A stretch of DNA of 37,771 bases. Origin: a virus (Duplodnaviria; Heunggongvirae; Uroviricota; Caudoviricetes). The notes beneath the pieces were generated by a model. It was not told where the DNA came from. It worked only from the letters and a program-made list of their open reading frames with translations, and did not search any database. Every line of letters starts with the position of its first letter. Positions within the stretch are counted from its first letter, which is position 1. Where the stretch lies: positions 1 to 37,771 of IMG/VR virus record IMGVR_UViG_3300026533_000003. One strand, 5' to 3'. This document shows positions 8,459 to 18,180 of this stretch, piece after piece. The translations under genes were made by a program, and so were the position numbers.

Positions 8459-9646
8459 ATGCAAGTTATAGTAGATGATAAGGTAACAGCAGTACTTGAC
8501 CCCAAGGTTGAGGTTACTATTGAAGCTCCTTCATACAGAGCTAGATCAGGAGCTGAGAAGAAGACAGTCAGTGTAGACGACACATACCAAGTAATACCTG
8601 CCTCTAAGAGGATTACAGCAGATTACGTAGTGCCTGACTATATACTATCAGACTTGCAAGGACACTTAGATGACCTCAGAGCAGATATGCTACAGGAGAT
8701 GGGTGACAGAGATGTTGCAGTCATTAATGAGTCTAAGACGTACACTGACGAAGAAGATCAGCGAACACTCACTACAGTTAAAGCAGACTACATCAGTAAC
8801 AGTGGTATGCCTGGACAAGACACAGGACCAGCTTTCATACTAAAAGATGAGATAGCTTCATTACAGATAAAGTATGATACTGGCAGTGGGCTTACTACAG
8901 CCAGCTTCCAAGACATGAATGATACTATAGTTAATGTAGATGGTAACCAAGCAGGATTCACTACAGCATTACAAGCTAACGTTAATAACACTTCTGCGAA
9001 CGCTACTAATATAATTAAGCTAGAAGCTATTGTAGGAGACAGCGGAGTATCCATAGATGACTTACAAGCGGTACAAGCAGGACAGTTCCTTAACTGGTAT
9101 GGGCCTACTACTGAGTACCCGGCTCCTGTTATAGGCATGGTTAAGTACGTATCACTTACTGGTACGTTAAGGACTAGTAAAGGTGCAGTGACTGTTACAG
9201 ATAAACAATACCAATTCCTCGGCGGTACACTAGGGGCAGGTAATGATGGATGGGTACTAGTTACAGGAGCTGGTGATACAGACGCAGGATGGTCGGCAGG
9301 TACTAGTAGACTAGTATCAGGCTCAGATGGCTCTATAACCGGTTGGAGCTTTGGAGATGGCAGTGCATTGTCTAGTGAGTTTAAGATTCAGGCTGATAAG
9401 TTTACTATTAGCTCTAGCAACAATAAGCACACACCTTTCACAATAGCTCCAGACCCAGATAACCCGGGGGAGTACCTTAGTAAGTTTGAAGGGACAGTGC
9501 AGGCTGATAAGATCAGAGCCGGTGCTCTAGTTCTAGATAATCTAGATGTTGGTGGCGCTGTACTTAATGGGACAGTTATAGATAAGGATGGTATTAGTGT
9601 TTATGATAATGGTCAGCTCAAAGTTCGTATAGGTAAGCTAATATGA
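8459..9646 (+). CDS. Tail fibre/tip protein with lambda J-like (DUF1983-type) C-terminal region
   Basis: 395 aa; central helical segment, then ITGWSFG…SEFKIQADKFTI and terminal GISVYDNGQLKVRIGKL, typical of J-family C-termini. Confidence 0.6.
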   Translation: MQVIVDDKVTAVLDPKVEVTIEAPSYRARSGAEKKTVSVDDTYQVIPASKRITADYVVPDYILSDLQGHLDDLRADMLQEMGDRDVAVINESKTYTDEEDQRTLTTVKADYISNSGMPGQDTGPAFILKDEIASLQIKYDTGSGLTTASFQDMNDTIVNVDGNQAGFTTALQANVNNTSANATNIIKLEAIVGDSGVSIDDLQAVQAGQFLNWYGPTTEYPAPVIGMVKYVSLTGTLRTSKGAVTVTDKQYQFLGGTLGAGNDGWVLVTGAGDTDAGWSAGTSRLVSGSDGSITGWSFGDGSALSSEFKIQADKFTISSSNNKHTPFTIAPDPDNPGEYLSKFEGTVQADKIRAGALVLDNLDVGGAVLNGTVIDKDGISVYDNGQLKVRIGKLI

Positions 9647-11307
9647 GTGCTTATGGCGTATCTATCGATAGTGTTAGGCTTGACAGCCCCACGTACCAAA
9701 TAGTTGACTGGACTAAGGCTCCGGCAGATGGGTCCTCTATCTCATATTCCTTAAATATGCTACAGCCATTCACAGACTTCTTTCATACATTTACAACAAC
9801 TAAGCCAACAGATACTTCAAGAGATGTCAGGTACCCTCAGGTAGTTAATGACGGAACTAATATCATAGTAGGTTCTCAGGATTCTGTACCTTCTCCTCGG
9901 TCTTTAAACATGAGAGATGTCCCAGGTTTTATTGAGATATCCAACTCTTTTGCGTCTAATTCATTTGGTGCGTCGTACTCAGCAGGGGTCTTGTTTAGAA
10001 GGACAATAGCATCATCGACGTCATCTAGTGATGACTACGTAGTACTACCTACTATAGGCAGTAGTTATAGGCTTGAGAAACTTACTATGTACTTTGGAGA
10101 TAAGTTCAGTGGAGGGACTCCTACTAACGAGGACACATTAAAAATAAGTGGTAGTACTATAGTATACCTGGATAACATAGGAGCTGTTGCTACTACACAA
10201 ATGGTTACCAACCCTGACCTTGATATAGACCCATACCTTGGGGCCACAGCAGGTGTTTACTTCGATAGGCAAGGCCTTAAAGATGTCTCTTCAGTGCCTG
10301 ATTGGATGATTGACGCTACCCCTACAATAGTTGGTGGTGGAAGGATGCGAGCTGCAATGATTTACTGGGATCATTACGAGAGCCCGGACGGTACCACCAC
10401 TTACCTGAATTGGGCGTACAATGTTACACCATCAGACCATATTGATGTCTACGTAGGTAGCTACGATAACGAGTATCAAACAATCTCATCTCCTACAGAG
10501 GGGGATATTTACTTTTTTCAAAATAAATATGGGTTCAGAATCAGGTATTTCAGTGGAGGTGTGTGGTCTTTTTTAAATAGTGCTGATAGAACATTTTTAA
10601 CCATGATAAACTTCAGCAATGACCCAACCATTATAACAGACGCTATTAATAGTACCATAGCTGTTGTACGTCCCCTAATGGATATTAACGGGTATACTGA
10701 CTACCCGTCATGGTTCACTACAACGCCTGCTCCTGGCGACGAGGTTGTTAGGGCTGACTCCTATGCTTCATTTATAGTCGCTATTAAGTATCTATATTGG
10801 CTAACACATCCTCAAGAGGCTTCTGCCCTCTTCTTACGTAATGTGATAACTAGTGTCGGTATCCTGGCTAGCAACGATAGCCATATGATTGATAGGTATA
10901 GAAAAGGTATATTATCAGTTAGGTCCAGTGACGGCACTGAGTCAGGCCTAAACGCTGCTGATAAAGCTGAGTATGACAAAGCGCTGACTGACTATGTTGA
11001 TGGCCCTACATACTGTATGGCGGTATTTAGTTCTGCTGACCATATAACCTCTAATGCTTATAATGAAAGCTACGGAGGTAATCTATATGGGCTATTCTTC
11101 GACTGGGGTACGGGGTTTAAAGATAGGGTGAGTAACGGAGAGATACTGGTGCTAGTGTCTGAGATGTACCATGCTGCCAAGTCCTCTGTCGATGTTGAGT
11201 ATGCAGATGATTGCTTACGTACATTACTGACTAATGAAGGGGATCTAAGTTCAACGTCTACATATATAGCAGACCCTTCAATAAATTTTTTACTACTAGG
11301 AAGATAG
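9643..11307 (+). CDS. Hypothetical tail-associated / receptor-binding candidate
   Basis: 554 aa; ATGA overlap with the J-like gene; S/T/Y/D-rich, beta-like composition; starts MSAYGVSI like tail-accessory proteins. Confidence 0.55.
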   Translation: MSAYGVSIDSVRLDSPTYQIVDWTKAPADGSSISYSLNMLQPFTDFFHTFTTTKPTDTSRDVRYPQVVNDGTNIIVGSQDSVPSPRSLNMRDVPGFIEISNSFASNSFGASYSAGVLFRRTIASSTSSSDDYVVLPTIGSSYRLEKLTMYFGDKFSGGTPTNEDTLKISGSTIVYLDNIGAVATTQMVTNPDLDIDPYLGATAGVYFDRQGLKDVSSVPDWMIDATPTIVGGGRMRAAMIYWDHYESPDGTTTYLNWAYNVTPSDHIDVYVGSYDNEYQTISSPTEGDIYFFQNKYGFRIRYFSGGVWSFLNSADRTFLTMINFSNDPTIITDAINSTIAVVRPLMDINGYTDYPSWFTTTPAPGDEVVRADSYASFIVAIKYLYWLTHPQEASALFLRNVITSVGILASNDSHMIDRYRKGILSVRSSDGTESGLNAADKAEYDKALTDYVDGPTYCMAVFSSADHITSNAYNESYGGNLYGLFFDWGTGFKDRVSNGEILVLVSEMYHAAKSSVDVEYADDCLRTLLTNEGDLSSTSTYIADPSINFLLLGR

Positions 11308-11308
11308 C

Positions 11309-12346
11309 ATGGGATTTTTAACAGGAAAAGAGGGGATCATATCTTTTGATGATCTTGGAAAGGTATCATTCTGCTCTAATACACCTCCTCTGTATTTAGT
11401 AACACCAACCTCTGAAGCTGTGATTGGTAAATCATTTTTCAATGGTTCTCATGCAAACTACACCTTTAATGACATCAGTAGTGACACTACATTTGAGTTA
11501 GCTACGACAGCTTATCAGGTTATTAGCTACACCAAAGATAGTTTAGTAATACCATTCGTTAAGTTCTCTAGCGCAGACCAGCATGTGGCTATACTGGATA
11601 TCATAGTTGATGAGCCACAAGCTTCATGTAGGGTGGTGTATGCATACACTGGGACACCCCCGTCGTTAATGTTGTACAGCGATGAGGTTGTAGCTTCTAC
11701 CAGTACATACGGGGTAGAGGTTAAGGATGATTCTGGTGTGCTGATCTTCACCACTCCTACCGGTCTCATGAGTAGAGCTGGCACCTTCACTATAGACTAT
11801 TCTACGGTACTTGATCCTATAGTTGACAATGCTGCTAAGGCAATAAGAGCTAAGAACTCTATAAAAAGTGTTACTATAACAGATGGTACTGTATTTGACT
11901 ATACTAAACATGCTGTTTACATGCCAATAGGTCCATACAAAGGTAGTACAGGTAAAGTAGACACAGACACAAGCCCTAAGTGTGGTACTGAGTTTTTTGG
12001 TACAGTAAATAAGTATCAACGCACTAAGACATCTGTTAAGTTTTGGAGTACAGCTAGGGCTGCAATGTGTACCAGTGGAGGTGTTCTGGGAGCTTCGTAC
12101 CTCAACGTCAGTGGTGGTAGGGTAAGCGCTACTGTAAAGGGTAGATGCTTATATGGAGGTGCATGGGGGGATATAGAGAGAGTCATCTTGTCATTAGTAG
12201 GTCTTGTTAACGATATAATATTTGACGATAACTCCTTCTCCCTGTCTAGTGCTTCTGGGTATCTACCATACCCTAGGTTCATCAGATCTCCGTATACTGG
12301 AAACTTCAGTAATATAGAGCTTAATGGGCTAATAATTAATATATAA
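11309..12346 (+). CDS. Tail-associated protein
   Basis: 345 aa, coupled to the previous gene; STYGVEVKDDSGVLIFTT motif typical of genes downstream of J-like tail tips. Confidence 0.55.
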   Translation: MGFLTGKEGIISFDDLGKVSFCSNTPPLYLVTPTSEAVIGKSFFNGSHANYTFNDISSDTTFELATTAYQVISYTKDSLVIPFVKFSSADQHVAILDIIVDEPQASCRVVYAYTGTPPSLMLYSDEVVASTSTYGVEVKDDSGVLIFTTPTGLMSRAGTFTIDYSTVLDPIVDNAAKAIRAKNSIKSVTITDGTVFDYTKHAVYMPIGPYKGSTGKVDTDTSPKCGTEFFGTVNKYQRTKTSVKFWSTARAAMCTSGGVLGASYLNVSGGRVSATVKGRCLYGGAWGDIERVILSLVGLVNDIIFDDNSFSLSSASGYLPYPRFIRSPYTGNFSNIELNGLIINI

Positions 12347-12356
12347 CAACTTACGC

Positions 12357-12362
12357 TATAAT
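12357..12362 (+). promoter_or_regulatory. Putative -10 element
   Basis: TATAAT in the short gap before the AAAGGA RBS of 12394..13212. Confidence 0.45.
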
Positions 12363-12393
12363 GCCAACATCAATTAAAAACTAAAGGATTAAA

Positions 12394-13212
12394 ATGGCTT
12401 TTACAAATATAACAACACCAGAGATTAACAAAGGGGAGTTCAGTGAACTAGTAGTAGACTTACTAGAGGACTTCGTACATGGGGATGCTTCTCCGTTCAA
12501 AGACGTTAAGAGTGTACTAGAGGATTACCTAGATGGTGCTACAGAGCTAGACGCTAATCAGAAAGCGGGTATCTTTGCGGATTGGCTTAAGTCTTCTTAT
12601 AGTGATATTAACACTAAAGCTATGGATACTGCGGTTGCTATCCTTAAGGCTAATGCTGGGCTAGAGTTGGATAAGTATTCTGCTGAGGGTAAGTATAACC
12701 TAGAGTTAGTACAAGCTGATAAGATTGCTGCAGAGATTGCAGTGGTTGATAAAGAGTCTGCTAATAAGGATGCTGAGAGAGCATTACTTGAACAGAAGTT
12801 ACTTAATGAGAAAGCTGCTTATATGGTTGAGATGGCTAAAGTTAAGAAGCAATATGGCTATGGTGCTGCAGTTGTTGATACTACATTAGATGCTAACATG
12901 GGGGCAAGTTCTAGAGATGGTGCTATTGACCGCCAGATTGAAGGGTACACTAGACTTAACTATAAAGATATGCTTAAGACAATGGATGAGAAAGCTTCTC
13001 TAATGCAGAATGCTAAGATACCAGAGTCACTATATGAGAAGGCATCAAGGATGGAGCTAATGTTTGAGATATCTAGAATGGATGGCTCTTTGGATGGTGT
13101 TAACTATAAATTGTTTCACAATGGTAAAGAGAATGGTAATACAGATGTTACTTATGTGTATAATCCAGGAGCTACACCGTTTAGTGGTACATGGATTCCT
13201 GCCTTACCGTAG
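12394..13212 (+). CDS. N4 gp54-like virion structural protein
   Basis: 272 aa, AAAGGA RBS; coiled-coil centre and GAIDRQIEGY motif; synteny with gp53-51/vRNAP. Confidence 0.55.
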   Translation: MAFTNITTPEINKGEFSELVVDLLEDFVHGDASPFKDVKSVLEDYLDGATELDANQKAGIFADWLKSSYSDINTKAMDTAVAILKANAGLELDKYSAEGKYNLELVQADKIAAEIAVVDKESANKDAERALLEQKLLNEKAAYMVEMAKVKKQYGYGAAVVDTTLDANMGASSRDGAIDRQIEGYTRLNYKDMLKTMDEKASLMQNAKIPESLYEKASRMELMFEISRMDGSLDGVNYKLFHNGKENGNTDVTYVYNPGATPFSGTWIPALP

Positions 13213-13221
13213 GTAGTTGAG

Positions 13222-13944
13222 ATGGCAGGCAGTACAGTAGATTTACAACCACTAGTTTATAATTTCAAGTATAGCTATTACGAGAACTACAAAGCAGCAA
13301 GGCATAAAGCCTTTGCTACTTCAGGAGACTTCTTCTCCATGTGGCGAGATAGCTGGAACAATGCAGACTCGGTAAAAGTTATTGATGATGGTATTGGTAA
13401 TGCAGTAACCGTTAACAATGGGGTAGAAGTTGCTTGGTATGTTAAGAAGCATTATAATGGTGATATGCCAGAGTGTCTTACAGATAAGATTGCACTAGGT
13501 ATTAGAGAAATACATAGGTATGCATTAGCTTTCGTTACACTAGGTATCTCCTTACTCTTAGAGGACTTCTTTACAGATCTATTCAAGTCTTTTATATGCT
13601 CAGCTACACTTAATACTGTTGGTAATGAGTGTGGGCACAAGATGCTTACTAAGCTTAAAGAGTATAGGAACATAAGGCTTGAAGATGCTGAGATAAGGGA
13701 TATGTATAGGCACTATACTATTATAGGCCCTAAGATAGTTAAAGCTATAGACGCTGACGAGGATACTGAAGTTATATATCAATACCTATATGCTGAGTAT
13801 ATAAGTAAGATATTAATTCTAGTGGAAGAGAGAGATGACTTTGGGGTACTAGAGGTATACTTCAAAATGGTTACCGATATGGTAAATAGGTATGATATTA
13901 AAGTAAGTAAAAGGTTTAGGAAATGGCAAAAGAACTGGATGTAG
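13222..13944 (+). CDS. Protein with a C-terminal CFI-box-like domain
   Basis: 240 aa; SFICSATLNTVGNECGHKMLTKLKEYRN…YRHYTIIGPKIVKAI resembles the CFI(T/A)TA…LR-FRD…YY--AP-IV pattern; a hydrophobic segment precedes it. Confidence 0.55.
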   Translation: MAGSTVDLQPLVYNFKYSYYENYKAARHKAFATSGDFFSMWRDSWNNADSVKVIDDGIGNAVTVNNGVEVAWYVKKHYNGDMPECLTDKIALGIREIHRYALAFVTLGISLLLEDFFTDLFKSFICSATLNTVGNECGHKMLTKLKEYRNIRLEDAEIRDMYRHYTIIGPKIVKAIDADEDTEVIYQYLYAEYISKILILVEERDDFGVLEVYFKMVTDMVNRYDIKVSKRFRKWQKNWM

Positions 13945-15668
13945 TAGGACAACAAGATCCTTATTTTGCCTCTAAGCTCAAAGGGTATGATGTTGATGAG
14001 ATATCATCAGCACTTGCCCATTTAGATAGTACAATAGCTTGGCTAGTCGGTAAAGGGTTGCACCTACCCACTAGCGAGGATATAGTGACATTTAGAGCAG
14101 GTGTGCCTTACCTAGGCGGTGATAAGACTGTCGATGCTGATAGTATCTATGATGGGGATGGTAACTTAGATGTTCTTATTCGTAGTATTAGTACTGATGT
14201 AATTAAGGTAACACTTAGTAATGGAGATACTACACAATCTGCTGCTAATAGAATGACCTCATATACTTACAAGTCTAAGTACGTTCATAGGATATTTGGT
14301 AGGTTCTTTTATGATGGGGTGGATAATAGGACAGGGTTTACATACATGGATGGTGAGAACACTAACCTGAGTAATATAGCATCAGTACCAGTAAGGTATA
14401 ACGGAGTGGTACAAAATACACCAGCAACACACTCCGCTATACCAGACTTCTTTATTAAGTGTATGACATACTTAGTACAACACCCTAGGATATTCGTGGA
14501 GATGGGTAATAGCCTATACACTAAAGGAGGAGACTTAGTTCACTTTAAGAGCGATAAGTTCTACACAGGACTGGTTACAGCTAGGGCTAATCTAGCAGAG
14601 AAGATAGTACCAGTTAGTATAGTTGACTTGCCTATAAACGTAGAGGAAGCAGTAGCGGATATCTTTGAAACTACAGGACTTGATAACTCGTTCAGTGACT
14701 TAGAGTATGGAGGGCTTATAGATGGCCTCAGGCTCGTTATAAGGATCCCGGCTAGTCGCGCTAAGCAAGAGATACTTGAGGGCTTGCTGAGCACCGAGGA
14801 GGTCTTCAGTGACGTATTTAAAGAAGAGTGGGTTACCGACTTAAGCATAAAGGATGAGGAAGGTTCAGTTAGGGACTTGGACTTAGCAGACCCTTACAAC
14901 ATGGATGCTGGTGACTTAGGGCTTGAAGACGTGGCTAATGGGTATTATGGGTGCAGGCGGGTTGAGACTATTGATGACCCTCGGAAACCTGGTACTTCTA
15001 TAGAGACTATTACACATAGGCATTGGATGGTATCTGATAAGTGGTTGTCAGAGTTAACGGCAGAGCACCTAGCAGTTATCTTCTGGGAAGGTTTAGATAT
15101 CTTATCTAATAATACATCTCCATGCCCTTTAGATAAGATAGTTACAATTATTATTATTATAGTAATGACAGTTATATCTGTAATATCTCTAGGTAGCACT
15201 GCAGCACTGCAAGCAGGGGAGACAACTGTACTGGTGGCCCAGGCGTTAGCTATTACTTCCGCTGTTATTTCTATTGGGATGACTACTGGGGCTATAACAA
15301 CACAACAAGGTGGTATAGCAGCAGCAGTAGTAGGTGCGGCCTCGCTATTTACTCTTAACTTCACAGCTATACTTACTACTTTTGGTAGTGAAAGCTTACA
15401 AGCGGTGATGGCAGTTGCTTCAGTAGGATTACAGATAGCAGAAGTTGTGCAGGAAGATGAGTTCGCTAGTTCTGTTAAAGACCTAGAAGATCAACAAGCT
15501 GAAGTGGATGCTAATAACCCTGAGTTCTTCGAAGAGGGGATAAGGATTGAACTGGGAGGCTACCAAGATATGCACATACAGAACGGTGCAGAGGTAGACT
15601 ATGAGAAATACCTCACGGATACATATAGCAGGTTTGCTACTTATAAGCATTCAGGGTTTAGAGGTTAA
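13923..15668 (+). CDS. N4 gp53-like virion protein with C-terminal hydrophobic helices
   Basis: 581 aa; overlaps the previous gene by 22 nt; IVTIIIIIVMTVISVISLG and further hydrophobic segments near the C-terminus; synteny. Confidence 0.6.
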   Translation: MAKELDVVGQQDPYFASKLKGYDVDEISSALAHLDSTIAWLVGKGLHLPTSEDIVTFRAGVPYLGGDKTVDADSIYDGDGNLDVLIRSISTDVIKVTLSNGDTTQSAANRMTSYTYKSKYVHRIFGRFFYDGVDNRTGFTYMDGENTNLSNIASVPVRYNGVVQNTPATHSAIPDFFIKCMTYLVQHPRIFVEMGNSLYTKGGDLVHFKSDKFYTGLVTARANLAEKIVPVSIVDLPINVEEAVADIFETTGLDNSFSDLEYGGLIDGLRLVIRIPASRAKQEILEGLLSTEEVFSDVFKEEWVTDLSIKDEEGSVRDLDLADPYNMDAGDLGLEDVANGYYGCRRVETIDDPRKPGTSIETITHRHWMVSDKWLSELTAEHLAVIFWEGLDILSNNTSPCPLDKIVTIIIIIVMTVISVISLGSTAALQAGETTVLVAQALAITSAVISIGMTTGAITTQQGGIAAAVVGAASLFTLNFTAILTTFGSESLQAVMAVASVGLQIAEVVQEDEFASSVKDLEDQQAEVDANNPEFFEEGIRIELGGYQDMHIQNGAEVDYEKYLTDTYSRFATYKHSGFRG

Positions 15669-15697
15669 GGTAGGGTTAAAGCTACTTTAAGTATAGT
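15665..15697 (+). promoter_or_regulatory. Putative promoter, TTAA-N8-TAAA-N11-TATAGT, containing a TTAAAG-CTA-CTTTAA inverted repeat
   Basis: Same spacing as the promoters at 2960, 6183 and 36724(-); TAGGAG RBS follows. Confidence 0.5.
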
Positions 15698-15725
15698 TAC
15701 ACAATTAAATTAACTAGGAGTTAAT

Positions 15726-16163
15726 ATGGGGTATGAAATAGTAAATGGTAATGTAGTATTTACGCAAGGAAACTCGGCAAATGCTGTACCAGATCTAAAT
15801 TCTGTACTTAAAACACAGACAGACACAGGGTTTAATATACCATCGCAGACTTACAAAGGCGTAAATGTAGGCACTCCTACAGAAGGTCTTGGCGTTCTAA
15901 ACGGTAACTGGTTTGGTGCTGGTGATGGATTCATGGGCGCACAGAACGACCTATTCGGTGGCAAGGATAGCATTACAGGACTTACTGGCTCAGAGGCCCT
16001 AAGTGGAATTGCATCTATAGGACAGCTGGGATTAGGGATATTAAACTACCAAGACACTAGTAGGTATAACGATAAAGTTATAGAAGGTCTTGACCAGAAT
16101 CTAGCTAACTCTAGACAGGAAGCTAAGTCTACTGCTGATTACCGTAGAAGCTACGGGCAATAA
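15726..16163 (+). CDS. N4 gp52-like internal virion protein
   Basis: 145 aa, Gly-rich, no Cys; LSGIASIGQLGLGILNY followed by a helical tail; synteny. Confidence 0.55.
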   Translation: MGYEIVNGNVVFTQGNSANAVPDLNSVLKTQTDTGFNIPSQTYKGVNVGTPTEGLGVLNGNWFGAGDGFMGAQNDLFGGKDSITGLTGSEALSGIASIGQLGLGILNYQDTSRYNDKVIEGLDQNLANSRQEAKSTADYRRSYGQ

Positions 16164-16165
16164 CT

Positions 16166-18136
16166 ATGGGATTTAAGGCACAGACTAACATCAATGTTGG
16201 GGGATTCAAAGACGCTACTGCTAGTGGGCAAAGAGCTTTATCTAGTATAGGTAACCAGCTCGACATGCGACGTAGAGAGCAACAAGCCCAGGCTAATATG
16301 GATAGAACACGTACTGACATGCTGACACAGAGAGACCTTGAGAACGAAAGAGCTAAAGTACTAGCAGATAGGAACACTACTGAGTATAACTACAAGGTTG
16401 CACAGAGAGATGCTATACCTGGACTACTTCAAGGCGATATAGTTAATAAGAATGCACAAGACTACACTGATAACTTCAATAGCCAACTAGCAGCTACACA
16501 GGCACCGGCACAGGCTAAGTATGACGCGGTACTTGCAGCCGGAGGGTCTCAGAAAGATGCAGAGAATGCCTTCACAGCTAGTATGGGTAAGCAAGGATTA
16601 GGTGGAGCTTATGTTAATAAAGATAACTTCAATCTAAATAAGATTGAGCAGGGTATGGGTACAAGTCTAAGAGAAGAGTACAACATACGTAAAGGTAACG
16701 CTATAGCTGCTAACAATCCTACAGCTGTTGCCGCTATCGAAGCTGATCTTGGTGCAAGAGTTAAGGCACAGGATGCTAGTAGAGCTGCTGCACTTAAAGC
16801 TGCTAATGATGTTACAGCTGAGACGTATAAGCAGAACTCAAAGGCTACACAGAAGACTATACAAGGAGCTACTAAAGGCACAAAAGGTACTAGTAAAAGA
16901 AGCTCTAAAGCCTCTGCTCTTGGTAATATAGGTAACCTTGATGCAACTTTCTCACAGACTGTTAAGGACGGTTATTGGTTCTCTAACAAAGATGACGCTA
17001 CCACTATGCAAACAACTCTTGCGTTAGCTGGGTATGATGCTAAAGAACAAGCTAATATAATGACCGCTTTGAATGATGACAATGAGTGGAGAGACGGTGT
17101 CTACGCTCCAGAGAGATTTCTATCTCCTAACGTGCTTGCTTTAAATGGTATGGTTAAGAAAGGGTTAACAGAAGCGCAGATTAGAGGTACTGGTATATAC
17201 GACAAGATTGCCGCTGAGAATAAAAAATATAATTCTAGTAATGGGGCTACTACAGGCACAGCAGGAACATCTGCTCAGACTGCTGCTAAGAATCAGGCTG
17301 CTATTAATGCACAGTATCGTAAAGAGTTGGCTGCTAATGCTAAAGTATTTGGTGGTACTGGTGCTAAGGATAGGGGAGCGTTAGGTACAAGTCTCACTAA
17401 AGAGTTTGACAACTTAGGTAGTAAGGCACCTACTCATCCTGGTAAGACTAAGGTTACTACTACAGCTCCTAAGCACCCTGGAAATAAGAGCACTACTCCT
17501 ACAGTTACGGCAGAAGACTTACTCGCTGCTCCAGGGCAAGTTACATTAGGTAGCGACCAACTAGGTAACAACTTAAATGTACTGCCACAAGGGTACTACG
17601 AGAATGACTTGGCTGCTCCTAATACAGGTACTGGTAGGTACGCTAATAGAAGAGGCACACAAGGTGTATTTAGTACAGTTAGTAGCTTACTTCCACATGG
17701 CCCTTATGGCAGCGGGAGAACTAGAGGTTTACAAGCCCCTACAGCTCCAGTAGCTGCTCCTATTGTTGAAGACAGTAATAGGTTAGCGCTAGATAACCCC
17801 AATGCTCGGTATAGTGCTGATGTTTCCCCAAGAGAACAAGCTGCTATTGCGGCTAGTAGAAATGAGAACAATGCTGCTTATCAGAGTAGGATGGCTATTA
17901 ATGCAGAGAGAGGGAGAGCAGTTGGTAACAGGGTTAATAACCTTCCAGCACAAGCACAGGTAGTTTCTCCTACGTTAGCGGATACGATGGCTAGATTACC
18001 AGTTGCCAATAGGGCTAGGGTAGAAGCTATTTCTAATGCCTCAGCAGGGTTAAGTGTTCCTCAGAAACAAGAGATGCTCAATGAGTTACTACAACTAGGT
18101 CTTACAGAAGAAGAGGCTAGAGCGGCTATTCAGTAA
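16166..18136 (+). CDS. N4 gp51-like internal virion / ejection protein
   Basis: 656 aa, A/G/T/N/Q-rich, no Cys; immediately upstream of the vRNAP locus. Confidence 0.6.
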   Translation: MGFKAQTNINVGGFKDATASGQRALSSIGNQLDMRRREQQAQANMDRTRTDMLTQRDLENERAKVLADRNTTEYNYKVAQRDAIPGLLQGDIVNKNAQDYTDNFNSQLAATQAPAQAKYDAVLAAGGSQKDAENAFTASMGKQGLGGAYVNKDNFNLNKIEQGMGTSLREEYNIRKGNAIAANNPTAVAAIEADLGARVKAQDASRAAALKAANDVTAETYKQNSKATQKTIQGATKGTKGTSKRSSKASALGNIGNLDATFSQTVKDGYWFSNKDDATTMQTTLALAGYDAKEQANIMTALNDDNEWRDGVYAPERFLSPNVLALNGMVKKGLTEAQIRGTGIYDKIAAENKKYNSSNGATTGTAGTSAQTAAKNQAAINAQYRKELAANAKVFGGTGAKDRGALGTSLTKEFDNLGSKAPTHPGKTKVTTTAPKHPGNKSTTPTVTAEDLLAAPGQVTLGSDQLGNNLNVLPQGYYENDLAAPNTGTGRYANRRGTQGVFSTVSSLLPHGPYGSGRTRGLQAPTAPVAAPIVEDSNRLALDNPNARYSADVSPREQAAIAASRNENNAAYQSRMAINAERGRAVGNRVNNLPAQAQVVSPTLADTMARLPVANRARVEAISNASAGLSVPQKQEMLNELLQLGLTEEEARAAIQ

Positions 18137-18142
18137 ATACTA

Positions 18143-18151
18143 TGCTATAAT
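18143..18151 (+). promoter_or_regulatory. Extended -10 promoter for the three-gene vRNAP locus
   Basis: TGCTATAAT (TGnTATAAT) followed by AAGGA RBS and ATG 18181. Confidence 0.7.
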
Positions 18152-18180
18152 GTCCTCATTAATTTTAATGAAGGATAATT

